64,000 nucleotides of DNA from a virus (Duplodnaviria; Caudoviricetes): positions 1,175 through 65,174 of IMG/VR virus record IMGVR_UViG_3300049023_000063. One strand, written 5' to 3'. Under the pieces are notes generated by a model, which saw only the letters and a program-made list of their open reading frames with translations, had not been told where the DNA came from and ran no database searches. The stretch's first letter is position 1; each line of letters starts with the position of its first letter. Of this stretch, positions 31,461-40,270 are shown one piece after another. Both the position numbers and the translations under genes were made by a program.

Positions 31461-32000
31461 ATGGGATGGGGTCTCGGATATGACGACAACTGGGGGCGGG
31501 ACATTGGCTATGCAGTGCCCGCCTACTGCGACCATCCAGGATGCAACCGGAAGATAGACCGAGGGCTGTCCTATGTGTGTGGCGGTGAACCTTACGGTGG
31601 TGAGAATGGATGCGGCCTCTACTTCTGCGGACATCATTTGACCGCTGCCGGGCAGAAATGCGCCTGCTGCGCGAATCGCCGCCGCCCGTATAAGCCAACG
31701 CCGGATCATCCGGAGTGGATCAGCCATAAGTTGACCGACGAATCCTGGGCTACATGGCGGGACGAAAACCCTTCCGAAGTCGCCAGGCTCCGCATTGCAC
31801 TGCTGCTGCCTACTGAAGAAGCAGCTCGAGCGGAATTCGAAAAGCAGCACGAAGGTCGTAACCTGAGGCGACACCATCTTCGCGGCACGTATTCGTCGCC
31901 ACCAATCGCCGCACTTTGGAACCAGCACATCCGCTCTCTGCGCTGGCTGAAGTCGTTACTTGAGCGTGCGCAGGAAAAATCAACCAAGGAGCCAGCATGA
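31461..32000 (+). CDS. Cys-rich two-domain phage protein (179 aa)
   Basis: GRDIGYAVPAYCDHPGC...IDRGLSYVCGG.PYGG..GCGLYFC motif. Confidence 0.65.
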   Translation: MGWGLGYDDNWGRDIGYAVPAYCDHPGCNRKIDRGLSYVCGGEPYGGENGCGLYFCGHHLTAAGQKCACCANRRRPYKPTPDHPEWISHKLTDESWATWRDENPSEVARLRIALLLPTEEAARAEFEKQHEGRNLRRHHLRGTYSSPPIAALWNQHIRSLRWLKSLLERAQEKSTKEPA

Positions 32001-32272
32001 GCGACATGAGCGAACTGAATTTGATCGAGAAGCTGGCCGATGAAGTCGCCAAGCGTCTGCAGCCGGTAATCCCACTGTCGATTGATCTGTGGGACATCGC
32101 CACGATTGCCGCCTTCCTGAAGCGTGATCCCCAGGTTGTGCGCGAACGCATGGCCTGCACACCATCCTTCCCGAAGGCGATCAGACTGCCAACGAAGAAC
32201 GGGCGCGCGCAACCGCTGTACAAGGCCAAAGAGATTATCGAGTGGGCCGACCGGCACCAGGAGAAGAATTAG
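31997..32272 (+). CDS. xis: Excisionase / recombination directionality factor
   Basis: Winged-HTH pattern LWDIATIAAFLK...FPKAIRLP...PLYKAKEIIEWA; last early-left gene before att. Confidence 0.75.
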   Translation: MSDMSELNLIEKLADEVAKRLQPVIPLSIDLWDIATIAAFLKRDPQVVRERMACTPSFPKAIRLPTKNGRAQPLYKAKEIIEWADRHQEKN

Positions 32273-32296
32273 AATGAATCCTCCAGCCACACGCAG

Positions 32297-32323
32297 ACGC
32301 ACCTTCGGGTGCGTTTTCTTTTT
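32297..32323 (+). terminator. Intrinsic terminator after xis
   Basis: ACGCACC-TTCG-GGTGCGT followed by TTTCTTTTT. Confidence 0.85.
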
Positions 32324-32406
32324 GTGGCATACTGATTTTATCGGGATGGTGGATCGCACCAAAGAACACTTTCAGCCATCTCCTTCTTCCGAAAAGCTCT
32401 GCGGCA

Positions 32407-32664
32407 TTACGACGAAATTACGATTCGACTTCGTAAGTATTTGATATCTATAACAGTAAGATTCCGGCCCGGGGCACCACATACCGAATTTGTTGCATTT
32501 CCAACTATTCGACACTCGGCAACACATTCAAACACTTTCCTTTGTAATTCATAGACTTACAAGCGAAAGAGCGACCTGAAACCGCAAAAGCAAACATACC
32601 AAAAACCACAATAGAGCACCGTTTTCTGCTAGCCTTTACGACGAAATTACGACGACATTACGAC
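32407..32664 (+). repeat. Integrase arm-type repeats flanking the att core
   Basis: TTACGACGAAATTACGA at 32407-32423 and TTACGACGAAA-TTACGACGACA-TTACGAC at 32636-32664, the latter abutting the int GGAGG site. Confidence 0.8.
32460..32479 (+). other. att core = 3' end of a tRNA (Leu-like)
   Basis: GATTCCGGC-CCGGGGC-ACCA is the T-arm 3' half, acceptor strand and CCA. No tRNA 5' part lies upstream. Leu identity is from memory of betaproteobacterial tRNA-Leu 3' ends. Confidence 0.8.
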
Positions 32665-32674
32665 GGAGGGTGTT

Positions 32675-33667
32675 TTGGCTACTTTTAAACGCACGGCTGG
32701 TGGGTGGCAAGCCCAGGTGGCGGTGAAGGGTGTACGCGAGGCGAAGACGCTATCCACGAAGGCTGAAGCGGTGGCGTGGGCAGCAGAGCGGGAAACACAA
32801 TTGCGGAAGATGGCCGAGACTGGCGTCGATACCGACAAGACCTGCCAGGATGCTTTTAATCGCTATATCAAGGAAGTCTCGGCGCACAAGCGTGGTAAGG
32901 AGTTCGAGGTCAGGCGCCTAAACGCCTTCGCGCGCCAGAAGCTGGGGAAGATAAACTTCGGGGATACGCCGATCCATGCGGTAACTTCTGACATGCTCGG
33001 GAGATGGCGGGACGAGAGATTGAAGACCGTCAGCGGGTCCACGGTGAACCGGGAGTTCAACTTACTATCCAACGTGTTCACGACGGCAAAGCAGGAATGG
33101 AAGTGGATTGCCGCCAACCCGGCGAGCGACGTTAGGCGCCCAAAGGAATCCGCACCGCGCGACAGGCTGATATCTCAGTCTGAGATTGACGCGATCACCT
33201 ACACTTCAGGGTTCGCTGAATCGATGGCTAATTCCGTGCAGGAGCGAGTCTGCATAGCCTTCCTATTTGCCCTGGAAACAGCCATGCGCGCCGGCGAGAT
33301 TTGCGGCCTGCCAGCCAGCGAGATTACAGGATCGGTGGCCCACTTGGGAGACACAAAGAACGGAACCAGCAGGGACGTTCCGCTTTCACCCAGGGCACTG
33401 CAGTTGCTTTCCTTCCTGCCGGCGGTTGACCGTAATGGGCCAGTGTTTGGCTTATCCACCAGCCAGCTTGATGCGAACTTCCGTAAGCTGCGAGATATGG
33501 CCGGGGTGGAGGGGCTAACCTTCCACGACACCCGCCATGAGGCAATCACCAGGCTGGCGCGAAAGCTGAACGTACTGGAGCTGGCGCGGATGGTCGGGCA
33601 CCGGGACTTGAAGATGCTGCAGATCTATTACAACGAGACAGCAGCAGAGATTGCGAAGAAGTTGTAG
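32675..33667 (+). CDS. int: Tyrosine recombinase (phage integrase)
   Basis: AMRAGEI, TKNG, FHDTRHEA, GHRDLKML.IYY catalytic motifs; TTG start after GGAGG. Confidence 0.97.
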   Translation: MATFKRTAGGWQAQVAVKGVREAKTLSTKAEAVAWAAERETQLRKMAETGVDTDKTCQDAFNRYIKEVSAHKRGKEFEVRRLNAFARQKLGKINFGDTPIHAVTSDMLGRWRDERLKTVSGSTVNREFNLLSNVFTTAKQEWKWIAANPASDVRRPKESAPRDRLISQSEIDAITYTSGFAESMANSVQERVCIAFLFALETAMRAGEICGLPASEITGSVAHLGDTKNGTSRDVPLSPRALQLLSFLPAVDRNGPVFGLSTSQLDANFRKLRDMAGVEGLTFHDTRHEAITRLARKLNVLELARMVGHRDLKMLQIYYNETAAEIAKKL

Positions 33668-33692
33668 ATTTTGTGCTTATTCGATACGGATT

Positions 33693-33712
33693 TACTGGAT
33701 ATTTATACAGTA
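33693..33712 (+). promoter_or_regulatory. LexA (SOS) box
   Basis: TACTGGATATTTATACAGTA matches the TA-CTG-N10-CAG-TA consensus; intergenic, 41 nt upstream of the GIY-YIG ATG. Confidence 0.8.
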
Positions 33713-33753
33713 TGTTCTATTATGAAAATTCTCACACTTCATAGGTCGAAGAC

Positions 33754-34212
33754 ATGAAACAGCAAGGCATCTATACAATCAAAAATTCAATTACCGGAGA
33801 GGTTTATATTGGAGCAAGCACGAACATCAAATATCGGTGGCGGCAGCACAAGGAGCAGTTAAACTGCGGAACACATATCAATAAAAGGCTTCAGTCCGAT
33901 TGGACCAGTTATGGGTCGAGCCAATTTTCCTTTGAAGTTATAGCTGAATCCGACGAAGCGTCACTCTTTCGCATTGAGGCAGAATATATTGCTGAAGCCA
34001 GGAAGCGAGGCCCATGTTACAACATGAGTCCTGGCGCGCCACAGAAAATGAAGGGTGGCAAGCGGCGATTCCCTTACTTGGATGATGTTACCGTCGCGGC
34101 GGCTACGCGCCTAGGCAATGGGAATTTGAGTGAAGGGCTGCGGCTAGCTGTGGAGCCGCACATCAGGGATGAGGATTATTCCGTTCCTGGCAGTGAATCA
34201 GCAATCGTGTAG
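33754..34212 (+). CDS. GIY-YIG endonuclease fused to an RHH-like C-terminal domain
   Basis: GIYTIKN...YIGAS.N...RW.QH...E; C-terminal PYLDDVTVAAATRLGNGNLSEGLRLAV. Confidence 0.85.
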   Translation: MKQQGIYTIKNSITGEVYIGASTNIKYRWRQHKEQLNCGTHINKRLQSDWTSYGSSQFSFEVIAESDEASLFRIEAEYIAEARKRGPCYNMSPGAPQKMKGGKRRFPYLDDVTVAAATRLGNGNLSEGLRLAVEPHIRDEDYSVPGSESAIV

Positions 34213-34622
34213 TGCCTCGGGTTCTTATCGGCGTACCGTTCTCGGATCAGCGGCATGAGTGCTTCAAACTCCGCGCGGATCTTCGCTAGTGCTTTGGCAT
34301 TGCTTGGCGGTCGGTCATCGACCAGCCCGCCAGCATGTTTTGCCTCGATTAGGATGTTGATGCAGCACAGGGCATTGGCCAGGTGTGGCGTGCCATCCGT
34401 AGGGTCGGTTTCCTCGCCTTCCCACCATGCGTCAAGGTGGCGATCTACTGCCGCCCGGTAAATGGATGCCCGAGCGCCGGCAGCACGGAAGTTCCAAGCT
34501 CCATATTTGACGTTGCCAAGAAAGTGTGCGATGGCCTGATAGGCTTTGACGATTGGCGAGACAAGGTGGCTTGGCAGTTTGTTCGTCGCAATCGCATCTT
34601 TTGGATTGGTATCCTTATCCAT
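34176..34622 (-). CDS. dATP/dGTP diphosphohydrolase (DUF5664-like)
   Basis: NPKDAI...K...G..KYGAWNFR...Y..A..RHL.AWW.GEE.DP..G.PHLA.A motif. Confidence 0.85.
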   Translation of the reverse strand: MDKDTNPKDAIATNKLPSHLVSPIVKAYQAIAHFLGNVKYGAWNFRAAGARASIYRAAVDRHLDAWWEGEETDPTDGTPHLANALCCINILIEAKHAGGLVDDRPPSNAKALAKIRAEFEALMPLIRERYADKNPRHYTIADSLPGTE

Positions 34623-34866
34623 TCTTCGTCAATCTCCCATGTACCCACATTGAACACATACAGCCTAGGCCGGCTCCCAGCCCCATTGCAACGACGATCC
34701 AGCCGTAACCCTTCGCGGCGGTCGTAATCAGGAACACCTCGCATGCGGCCATGCACATAGAGGTTGGCAATACCCACCAGTATTTACGGTGGACGACATT
34801 CAACTGTTGGAAGCTACGAAGCCCAACAAAGACGAATGAGGCGCAGAAGGCAAGTAAATAGCTCAT
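34615..34866 (-). CDS. Small multi-pass membrane protein (83 aa)
   Basis: Three hydrophobic segments; overlaps both neighbours. Confidence 0.65.
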   Translation of the reverse strand: MSYLLAFCASFVFVGLRSFQQLNVVHRKYWWVLPTSMCMAACEVFLITTAAKGYGWIVVAMGLGAGLGCMCSMWVHGRLTKNG

Positions 34867-36032
34867 GTCAGCATCCCAACATCAACGCGGTGGCGCTCTA
34901 CCTCGCCATGTTCTTTGTGGTGGACGATACATACCATGTCGCGGCCCGCGCGGTAGCCGTGGCCGTTGGCGTAGCTGTCCTTTGCCGCCAATGTCCGGAA
35001 CGACTCACAGATCACACCTGGTAGCTCAGTAACGTTCTGTGAATGCACGTGGCCGGTGTACCAGTGCCGTTGCGTGGTTTCGCCCCAATCCTTCGCGCGA
35101 TCCGCAGCCATGATGCCGCCAAGCTGCTTGTGCTGTACCTTGTCGCCGTGGGTGGACCCGATCAGCACCTTGCCAAACCTGTAGTACCAGAACGGGGATG
35201 GGTGAAGGTCTACCTCAACACGCGGATCGCTGGAGAAGAATGCCTGGAGCGTGAAGGCGAGCGCCCAAATGGCCTCGGGATCGTGATTGCCCTGCACGCA
35301 GCGCACAACCACTTTTGCGTGCTTCTGGAGCGCGCGCTGAATGGCGTGGCGGTATGTCTCGATCCCAACCTGGAGCACCTTGACATAGCGGCTATCAACG
35401 TCCAATTGATGCTTCGAGCGTGGGGTGGCGTTGCTCTGGTCATTCATGTGGAATACGTCACCAAGCAACAGGATGATTCCTGTCTCGGCCTCCGGGGCTG
35501 ATTGCATCAGGCGGTCAACCGCGCCGAGCGTCATCTCGCGGGCAATCTTCAGGTCGAAGGCATCGCCGCATTCCTGTTGCCAAACCTGGAGTCCAACGTG
35601 GGGATCACCAATTGGGTAGACGGCTAGATAATCGGCATTCGTACGCTTCGGGGGCTTGGAGATTGGCGCCAGACCACGCACATCCTCGGTCATGGCCTTG
35701 ATCATTTCGCGGACCAACTCTTGCTGGCGCTCCATGTCGATGCTGGACTTGACCCATTGGCCAGCCGGTTTGCCGTCCTTGTCGTAATAGGTTGAGACAC
35801 CTTTGACGACATAACCATCTGGCACGGTGCGGGTCATATCATGCTCAGGCGAGTATCCCTGCTTAGCCGCACGCGCCTGAAGACGACGCATCAGATGATC
35901 GACGGTGCCGCGCACAATGCCAAGCTGACGCGCCACTTTCGTTACGCTCCCGCCATTCGCTGCAAGAGCCTCAAGCACTTCAATCTGTCGTGCTGATGTG
36001 GCGAATTCACGCCATTTGAGATCCACGTTCAT
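34863..36032 (-). CDS. HTH-fused calcineurin-like metallophosphoesterase
   Basis: GDPHVG, LGDVFH, GNHD, THGD, GHVH motifs; N-terminal HTH GGSVTKVARQLGIVRGTV. Confidence 0.85.
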   Translation of the reverse strand: MNVDLKWREFATSARQIEVLEALAANGGSVTKVARQLGIVRGTVDHLMRRLQARAAKQGYSPEHDMTRTVPDGYVVKGVSTYYDKDGKPAGQWVKSSIDMERQQELVREMIKAMTEDVRGLAPISKPPKRTNADYLAVYPIGDPHVGLQVWQQECGDAFDLKIAREMTLGAVDRLMQSAPEAETGIILLLGDVFHMNDQSNATPRSKHQLDVDSRYVKVLQVGIETYRHAIQRALQKHAKVVVRCVQGNHDPEAIWALAFTLQAFFSSDPRVEVDLHPSPFWYYRFGKVLIGSTHGDKVQHKQLGGIMAADRAKDWGETTQRHWYTGHVHSQNVTELPGVICESFRTLAAKDSYANGHGYRAGRDMVCIVHHKEHGEVERHRVDVGMLT

Positions 36033-36457
36033 GATTTACCGCCCAACGTCATGGTTTGAACTTCTGGACTAGTCGAAGGATCATGCTTTGCCGCGATCCT
36101 GATGGCTTCCGCTGGCTTAGCTCCCATTTCAAGTGCACCAGTTGCATATGCAGCGCCAGTGCCGATGGCGTAGAATTCATCCTCGATAGGGACCGCTACC
36201 AACTCAGTGCCCCACCAAAGGATTTCTCCCTTAGTGGTCAGCTCTAGTGCTGAGAATGTGGAGTCTGCGAAAACCGGCTTGTCGCCAGGCTTGCGCCGCC
36301 ATTCGATAAACTGCATCGCATGCTCAAGATTTCCGCAAACCCCGAGAAGAGAGCCGCGAATCTTGTAGATCTTGGTTACGGAGAAGGATGCACTTCCGTC
36401 GAAAGTGGCGCGCTTGTCGGCCACGATCATGCGCCGGTTGCAGACAACGGTAGTCAT
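36029..36457 (-). CDS. Proteasome-beta/HslV-like Ntn hydrolase
   Basis: Start at MTTVV (ATGA overlap with the o-spanin stop) exposes an N-terminal Thr; AD.RAT...TKI and YAIGTG motifs. Confidence 0.7.
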   Translation of the reverse strand: MTTVVCNRRMIVADKRATFDGSASFSVTKIYKIRGSLLGVCGNLEHAMQFIEWRRKPGDKPVFADSTFSALELTTKGEILWWGTELVAVPIEDEFYAIGTGAAYATGALEMGAKPAEAIRIAAKHDPSTSPEVQTMTLGGKS

Positions 36458-36726
36458 TTGGACACGCAGCCGGCCACGAGGATTTCGAGGCGGATTGAAT
36501 AAGCTTGGAGCCGGTTCTTGTCGTGCAGAAGGTTCTTTGCCGCTACGCCACCATCGATCCACGGCGATTCCTCAAACAGAAGGACTGGCTTTTCAGGGAC
36601 ATCGGTTGGGTCGATACAGGGCACTGCAACAGGAATCTTGGTCACTTGGGGTTCTTGTGTCGCGCAGCCGGCCAAGGCGAGGACGACGGCTACCGTCACC
36701 CATACGAAGAGGATCGTCCTGTTCAT
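36454..36726 (-). CDS. o-spanin (Rz1-like lipoprotein)
   Basis: Lipobox LAGC, Pro-rich; follows the i-spanin. Confidence 0.8.
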   Translation of the reverse strand: MNRTILFVWVTVAVVLALAGCATQEPQVTKIPVAVPCIDPTDVPEKPVLLFEESPWIDGGVAAKNLLHDKNRLQAYSIRLEILVAGCVSK

Positions 36727-37103
36727 CGTGCATCCCCATGCGCCTCTTTAAGGACGCCTTCGCAATCAGTGGCCACGATCCCATCCACGCCAGCATCACG
36801 GCGAGCAATGGCTGCGAGGGTCGCCTTACTCATGTCGGCAGCAAGTTTGCGGCGTTCGTCAGCCGCGATCTTCTTCTCGTTAAGCAGATCGGCAGCGGCA
36901 TTCTGATCACGCACTTGGCTTTTCCACTTATTAACTTCTGCGGTGAGATCCTTGATGTCCGTCGCATATGCCGCATCCTTGCGCCAGCCATTGACTGCCC
37001 AGCCGGCACTGAATGCCCCACCAATTACCGCCAGGGCGATCAGAATTGCCGCCCACACCTTCCAGCCTGAAAACAGGCTATCAACTGTACTAATTCCAAG
37101 CAT
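36723..37103 (-). CDS. i-spanin (Rz-like)
   Basis: N-terminal TM helix plus coiled coil; after the endolysin. Confidence 0.8.
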   Translation of the reverse strand: MLGISTVDSLFSGWKVWAAILIALAVIGGAFSAGWAVNGWRKDAAYATDIKDLTAEVNKWKSQVRDQNAAADLLNEKKIAADERRKLAADMSKATLAAIARRDAGVDGIVATDCEGVLKEAHGDAR

Positions 37104-37152
37104 TTATCGCCCCTTCGGATAAAGTGGATTTATCTGTGTAACGGGTATCGCT

Positions 37153-38112
37153 TCAATTAAATCGACCTGCCATCATCAGGCGGTATTTGCCGGGGCGGAT
37201 AAGGACCACGGCGCGTACGTGCTCTCGATTTATGTCGCAAGCAGAGCGCTTGCCATAGATCGGCTGACGTGACTTCAAGCAGTGCTTTTCGACGTTATCG
37301 AACCACTCGCGTGCATTGCAACCCGGAGATAGTTCACATGCGCGGCGCTCGCGCTGAACACCTGGAACGCCGCCGTTATAGGCCGCATCACCGAAGCCGA
37401 ATTCTCCAGCGGTGCGGATGAATGGCCGCGTAGATTCCCTTGCCAGCAAGACGATTGCGCGCAGTTGCAAATCTGGGCGCTTGTAGATGTTCTGCCAGCT
37501 AAGATCCGCCAGCGGGGCGTACTTCGAGCGCATATCGGCTAGCGTGTCGAAGCGCAGGGAGCCATCGGCGCGATAGGCTTTCGTGATCTGCCCCATTCCA
37601 GCGCCTTCTTCTCGTGCGGTTTTCAGTTGCGCGCCGGGATTCCAGCACTTTGGATGCTTGAGGCTGATGCACGATTCCTGCTCGACCAGTGCGGCAAGCA
37701 GTTCCGGCTTCGGGTGATCGGGCCAATATTTGCGCTGCTCTTCTTTCAGCATCAAACCGTACTTAAGTGCGCCGGCAGGCAGTTCCGTCGCATGGGCACG
37801 GGGTGACAGAACGAACAGAACTGCGACGAAAGCAAAGATGATGCTGAACACAACAATCGCAGCGCCAATTGGATGCTCCGCGGCCTTGCGCATATTCGAC
37901 CTTAGGTCTGACTCAGGGTAATCGAACAAAGCCTTGCGCGCCCAGTGCGCCAGCGCGATAGCGCAAACCGCTTGGATTGTTGAAATGAATCCTTGGAATG
38001 TGGCTTGCCCATGATCTGGATCGCACCACAGCGAAAGCGCCAGCGCCAAAGCCGACACTCCAAATAAAAAAAGCGCCCTATGGCGCTTTAGTCCGCGAAT
38101 GAAGTTCATCAT
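37153..38112 (-). CDS. Lytic transglycosylase endolysin with N-terminal holin-like TM domain
   Basis: About 105 aa with 2-3 TM segments, then ALVEQES...EGAGMGQIT...AAYNGG SLT motifs. Confidence 0.85.
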   Translation of the reverse strand: MMNFIRGLKRHRALFLFGVSALALALSLWCDPDHGQATFQGFISTIQAVCAIALAHWARKALFDYPESDLRSNMRKAAEHPIGAAIVVFSIIFAFVAVLFVLSPRAHATELPAGALKYGLMLKEEQRKYWPDHPKPELLAALVEQESCISLKHPKCWNPGAQLKTAREEGAGMGQITKAYRADGSLRFDTLADMRSKYAPLADLSWQNIYKRPDLQLRAIVLLARESTRPFIRTAGEFGFGDAAYNGGVPGVQRERRACELSPGCNAREWFDNVEKHCLKSRQPIYGKRSACDINREHVRAVVLIRPGKYRLMMAGRFN

Positions 38113-38387
38113 GGTTTGTCCTGCTTATGATCCAGTTTTTCTTCGATGCGATCCAGCTTTGCAAAGACCGCCTTCATCGTTTCGTTGATGGCGTCAATGG
38201 CTTTGGAAAGCTCCCGCGTGGTGGCGTAGTTTTCGGCTACGTGCAGCTTGTAATCCGCCAGATCCTTTTCCGTTGATACTGCGCGTCTTTTGACCTCATC
38301 GAATGCCACCCACAGAACCTTCACTAGCCCAATGCCGAGAAGTTGTAAGAGGACGCCCGCCACAGCGAGCACTGTTATCAAATCCAT
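38109..38387 (-). CDS. Holin/antiholin-like single-TM coiled-coil protein
   Basis: One TM helix plus coiled coil, directly before the endolysin. Confidence 0.55.
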   Translation of the reverse strand: MDLITVLAVAGVLLQLLGIGLVKVLWVAFDEVKRRAVSTEKDLADYKLHVAENYATTRELSKAIDAINETMKAVFAKLDRIEEKLDHKQDKP

Positions 38388-38420
38388 GAACTTCCCCGGT
38401 AATGCCCGAAGGCGGTTGAA

Positions 38421-39026
38421 CTACTTTCCTGCGGCATCCTCGCAATGGCCGCGCTTAAACAAATCCAGAACCCTGCACAACACACAGCCCCAACGACGCT
38501 TCTTGATCCTTGCCCTGTTCGCCCTACTAGAAATGGTTTCCTGTGGGTTGCCGTGAAGCGCGCCGTTGGCGGCCTGGTCAATCCTGACTGCGATGCCTCT
38601 CGTACGCTCGGGGTCGCGGAAGACCCAATAGAACTGACCAATAGCGGTTACCACAAGGCCAGCCAGGCACACGAGGTATATACCGAAAGCGACAACGCGA
38701 TTCCATGCGGCGGCAGCGATTCTCGATCCAATCGGCGTGATGTACTCGAATCCCTTTTCTTCGAATCGAGAGCATTGCTCCTCGATCCAAAGCGTGATCA
38801 TTTGCCGTGGACGTTCTTCGACCGTAATCGCAACCTCAAAGGAATTCAGGCGGCGGTGCGCTTCGATCTTGTATGGTCCTTCTGGCCAGCCCGCAGCCCG
38901 CATTGCAGCCCTTACCAACTCTCTGCCCGATGCATCGTCGGAGACCTTGATCGTCCATTCGTGGGCATGGTGGACAAGCCCCTTCCCTGGCGATGCCCAA
39001 TTGAAGTAGCGCGCGCGAAATTGCAT
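38421..39026 (-). CDS. Phage membrane protein with DQAAN..GxPxETISSRA...WGCVLC domain
   Basis: The C-terminal motif is recurrent near lysis genes; true start uncertain. Confidence 0.5.
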   Translation of the reverse strand: MQFRARYFNWASPGKGLVHHAHEWTIKVSDDASGRELVRAAMRAAGWPEGPYKIEAHRRLNSFEVAITVEERPRQMITLWIEEQCSRFEEKGFEYITPIGSRIAAAAWNRVVAFGIYLVCLAGLVVTAIGQFYWVFRDPERTRGIAVRIDQAANGALHGNPQETISSRANRARIKKRRWGCVLCRVLDLFKRGHCEDAAGK

Positions 39027-39028
39027 GG

Positions 39029-39187
39029 CTAAGTGCAGATTATGACAACAGGACGTTGAGTATTCGGAGGAGCGTCAGGAGCGTTGGGCCGAACAACCTC
39101 CAAAACAACTTGAGACAAGCGGATATTATTGGCGGTGTTGAGGCGTACTACTTCAGCCACAACCTGTGAGGTGCGAGCAACCGTCAT
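39029..39187 (-). CDS. 52-aa protein with an internal duplication
   Basis: Manual translation MTVARTSQVVAEVVRLNTANNIRLSQVVLEVVRPNAPDAPPNTQRPVVIICT; GGAG site. Confidence 0.55.
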   Translation of the reverse strand: MTVARTSQVVAEVVRLNTANNIRLSQVVLEVVRPNAPDAPPNTQRPVVIICT

Positions 39188-39197
39188 GGCGACTCCT

Positions 39198-40205
39198 TTA
39201 TGCGGTTACTTTGACGCCAACCTCGGCGGCGTTGACTGTTGAATCAGTCCAGGCCACAGATCCATTAGGATTGGTTTCATAAACCTGAGTCACAATAACC
39301 TGAGATGTGCCAAGCGCCACCGATGCACCATCTCCATTAGTTCCGCTAGATCTCATGAACGTAGAAGCGCTCTTGGAGCCGGCATCATCTTTGTTGATGG
39401 CTACGCTTACTTGAACACCGTAGACGGTCGAAGAAGTCAGGGCTGATAGATCGCCCATGCCGTAGCTATCCCGATCACCTACGGTCGAACCGTCGTTATA
39501 GTCGGTCGTGTTTGGCGTCGATTCATCCACCAACTGGTAATGGGAAGTGCCGGTGCTAGGGGTGAACTGGGTATAGTTTCCATCCGATGTGGGGAACAAT
39601 GTATCTACCCTGATATCCCCGAGGAAGTCATTGTTTGTACTGCCACTGGTGTCGCAGACGTAAAGGTCATCAACCTTCGAGGTATTGATGATGCCTCGGA
39701 AGGTAATGCCGGTCATTGATGCGTTACCGCCGTTGCGAGTATCCTGGCCAGTCAAACTTAAAACACTAGCGCCATTCACTTTTACTTCGACCGTACCGGT
39801 CGTATCATCAATCTTGGTTTTCACCTCGATGTAACAGAACCCAGATGATGGGACCACATTATTTGCCGAGGTGCCAAGCACGGTTGCATTCGTTCCACGG
39901 AAGGCGGAAATGGCATTGTTCGCTGTCAGGAATAGGCCAGTGTGAACCGTCGCTCCATCCAGGAACCGCATAATGTCCGTGGTATTGCCAGCGGCGGCGT
40001 CTAGCGCAAACCCTACTATCAGGGTCTGGTAGGAACTGGGTAAAGTCTTGTCAGCAAAACGGGTGTTCCCAGAAAACTGCATGCAACCAGAACTACGCCT
40101 TCCGGATGTAGCCTGAATCGAAACGCCAGTGCCGAAAGTGTTCCATTTCTTGGTCCCATCGGCTGTCGCGTAATGGTCAAAGCCATCGCAGAAAATCAGT
40201 GCCAT
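39198..40205 (-). CDS. S/T-rich tail-associated protein (335 aa)
   Basis: MALIFCDGFDHY N-terminus and beta-rich composition; last tail gene. Confidence 0.6.
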   Translation of the reverse strand: MALIFCDGFDHYATADGTKKWNTFGTGVSIQATSGRRSSGCMQFSGNTRFADKTLPSSYQTLIVGFALDAAAGNTTDIMRFLDGATVHTGLFLTANNAISAFRGTNATVLGTSANNVVPSSGFCYIEVKTKIDDTTGTVEVKVNGASVLSLTGQDTRNGGNASMTGITFRGIINTSKVDDLYVCDTSGSTNNDFLGDIRVDTLFPTSDGNYTQFTPSTGTSHYQLVDESTPNTTDYNDGSTVGDRDSYGMGDLSALTSSTVYGVQVSVAINKDDAGSKSASTFMRSSGTNGDGASVALGTSQVIVTQVYETNPNGSVAWTDSTVNAAEVGVKVTA

Positions 40206-40270
40206 TTGATACCTCTAGACAAGCGAAAGCACGCCTCCATTACTGGATGCGGCTCTAAATCGTTGGTGGA

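Noticed and set aside
30409-31698. 429-aa minus-strand ORF
   Set aside because: Arg/Ser/Cys-rich shadow of coupled plus-strand early genes.
32280-32680. Prophage boundary (attL/attR) with host DNA
   Set aside because: Both flanks are phage genes and arm repeats occur on both sides of the core.
34176-34622. Z-genome (2-aminoadenine) pathway
   Set aside because: No purZ, datZ or dedicated DNA polymerase is visible in the window.
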